Positions 61,931-64,000 of a stretch of 64,000 bases of DNA are shown one piece after another. Position 1 is the first letter of the stretch. Every line of letters begins with the position of its first letter. The notes beneath the pieces are model-generated. The model worked only from the letters and a program-made list of their open reading frames with translations. It ran no database searches and had not been told where the DNA came from. Made by a program: the position numbers and the translations under genes. This DNA is from Eledone cirrhosa (lineage: Eukaryota), in NCBI GenBank assembly GCA_964016885.1, contig OZ024740.1:93062001-93126000 (forward strand), given 5' to 3'.

Positions 61931-64000
61931 GATTAGCTTGGAGATGGTGGGTGGAGTTATGCCAGGCAAACGAGCCAGTGGGAAATGAAGGTGAAGAGGT
62001 CCAGATAACGGAGGAACCACCCGAAACAGACAATGATCTGAATGATGAGATAAATAATGCCTGGAACAGAGATACGGCCACTGAGGAGATGAATGCTGAC
62101 GGGCTAGGACAAGATTTGGTAGATATCCTAAACTTAGTGGTATTGAACAATGATAGTGGGAGACCTATGGACCTAAGATTTGTAGACAGGAAAAAGTTAA
62201 AAGAAACAACAGTTAAGGTAAACAAAGTCATCCCATACCTTGAGGTGAGGAGCCTTCACCAGTGCAACAATATCCTCAAAGCAACAGCAAATTCTGTAAG
62301 GAAACTACTTGGTATAAAAGCGAGAGGAAACAACAGACAAGAAAGAGCAGAGCCTTGGTGGAAGAAACGACTGAGTGGTCAACTTAGGGAAATGAGAAAT
62401 GACATTGGAAAGCTTGAGTCCCTACTGAATGGGACACTAAAAGACATAGACACTAAAACTAGACTGGAAATAAAGTACAAAACTAGGAGGAAAAAGCTAA
62501 ATATCATCATAGAGGAAATGAAGCAACGCATTGTAGCAAAAAGTGCAAAAATCAGGCGATACGAGAACAGAGTCAGCCAGTATAGACAGAACCGCATGTT
62601 CGACAACAACCAGAAGATGCTGTTGGGACAGCTTGAAGGGAAATAAAGAGGCAACGACTTGATCCCTGAGGCTGAACAAACTAAAACATTCTGGAGAGCA
62701 ATATGGGAGCAGGATGTTAAACATAATGACCAGGCAGTGTGGATTGAGACAGTACAGAAGGAGATCAGTGAACAGGCACGCCAACAAACTGATTTCAGTA
62801 TCACAGTTGAAACTCTTAAGGGGCAGGCCAAAAAACTAACCAACTGGAAATCACCAGGCCCAGATGGTGTGCAGGGGTACTGGATTAAAAATATAACATC
62901 CCTCCACCCGAAACTGACAACCATGTTCAATGACTGCTTGATGTCAGGTGAGTTACCAGAGTGGTTGACAAAAGGTACCACAGTTCTGATAATGAAAGAC
63001 CGAATCAAGGGTAATGATGTTACCAATTATAGACCTATCACATGTCTATCCGTAATGTGGAAACTGTTAACAAGCATTATCTCTGAGTAAATCTACCATC
63101 AACTCCACACAAAAAACTTGTTACCGGACGAACAGAAAGGATGCCGAAAGAAGTCACGTGGTACAAATGACCAGTTACTTATTGATAAGATGGTAATGAG
63201 GAATTGCAAGAAGAGACACACTGGTCTTGCCATGGGATGGATAGACTACAAAAAGGCATTTGACATGGTGCCTCATTCTTGGATCACCAAAACGCCTGGA
63301 GATCTTCAAGGTGGCAGATAACATCAGGCATTTTTTGGTCAAAAGTATGAGGTCCTGCGAAACAGATTTAACATCAACTGGAGAATCCTTGGGAAGCGTG
63401 AAGATCAAGAGAGGTATCTTCCAGGGAGATAGTCTGTCCCCTCTGTTGTTTGTTCTTGCCCTGATGCCCCAGACCAGTGTACTGCGAAAAGTGAGAGCAG
63501 GATACAGGTTGGGAAAGGGAGGGCTAACCATCAATCACCTCCTCTTCATGGACGATCTTAAGCTCTTCGGGAAGAGTGAGAAGGAGTTGGATGTGCTTGT
63601 TGACACTGTCCGTATTTTCAGCAATGATATATGTATGCAATTTGGTATCAGTAAGTGTGGAGTCATCGTGATGAAGTTGAGCAGAAGTAACGGAATCCAA
63701 GTACCAACGGGTGAGATGATAAAGGAAATTGACTCTGAAGAAGGATACAAGTATTTGGGCGTTCTGGAGGCTGATGACATCAAGAACAAAAAAATGAAGG
63801 AATTGATAAGAACTGAATACATTCGGACACTAAGGAGCGTATTAAAGTCACATCTGAACAGTAGGAATGCCATAAGTGCAGTAAATTCCCGAGCTGTGTG
63901 TATTATTAGGTACAGTGCGGGAATTCTCAGATGGAATGTTGCTGAACAAAAAGAAATGGATAGGAAGACTAGGAAGCTATTGACTATCTACAGTATGTTC
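61931..64000 (+). mobile_element. R4/Dong-type LINE family 2, second copy (RT region, runs off the window)
   Basis: [51 protein letters not shown] few stops and a frameshift. Starts right after (TAA)n. Confidence 0.92.

Overview
AT-rich eukaryotic repeat DNA, dense in (TA)n/(CA)n/(GA)n tracts. I found no host gene. The tRNA-derived SINE resembles octopod SINEs, so a cephalopod source is inferred but not proven. Almost all microsatellite ORFs in the track are spurious. Bases ~3.8-48 kb are dominated by Penelope-like retroelements (PLEs; RT plus C-terminal GIY-YIG) inserted into (TA)n. Many form head-to-head fold-backs with arms from ~20 bp to ~4.8 kb, including a ~10.6 kb palindrome nested inside an older one. 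Reading both strands by eye I count about 20 type I hammerhead-ribozyme (HHR) motifs. They include canonical CUGANGA cores, U3-A8 compensatory cores, long-stem-II forms and palindromic stem III loops. The best stand-alone find is a non-coding, TSD-flanked concatemer of ~429-bp HHR-bearing units at 46523-47835, a retrozyme/circRNA-like insertion. The last 16 kb holds two decayed L1/Tx1-type LINEs, a small non-autonomous Helitron, and four tandem or chimeric R4/Dong-type RLE LINEs next to (TAA)n. All identities are by-eye estimates and ribozyme activity is predicted from structure only.
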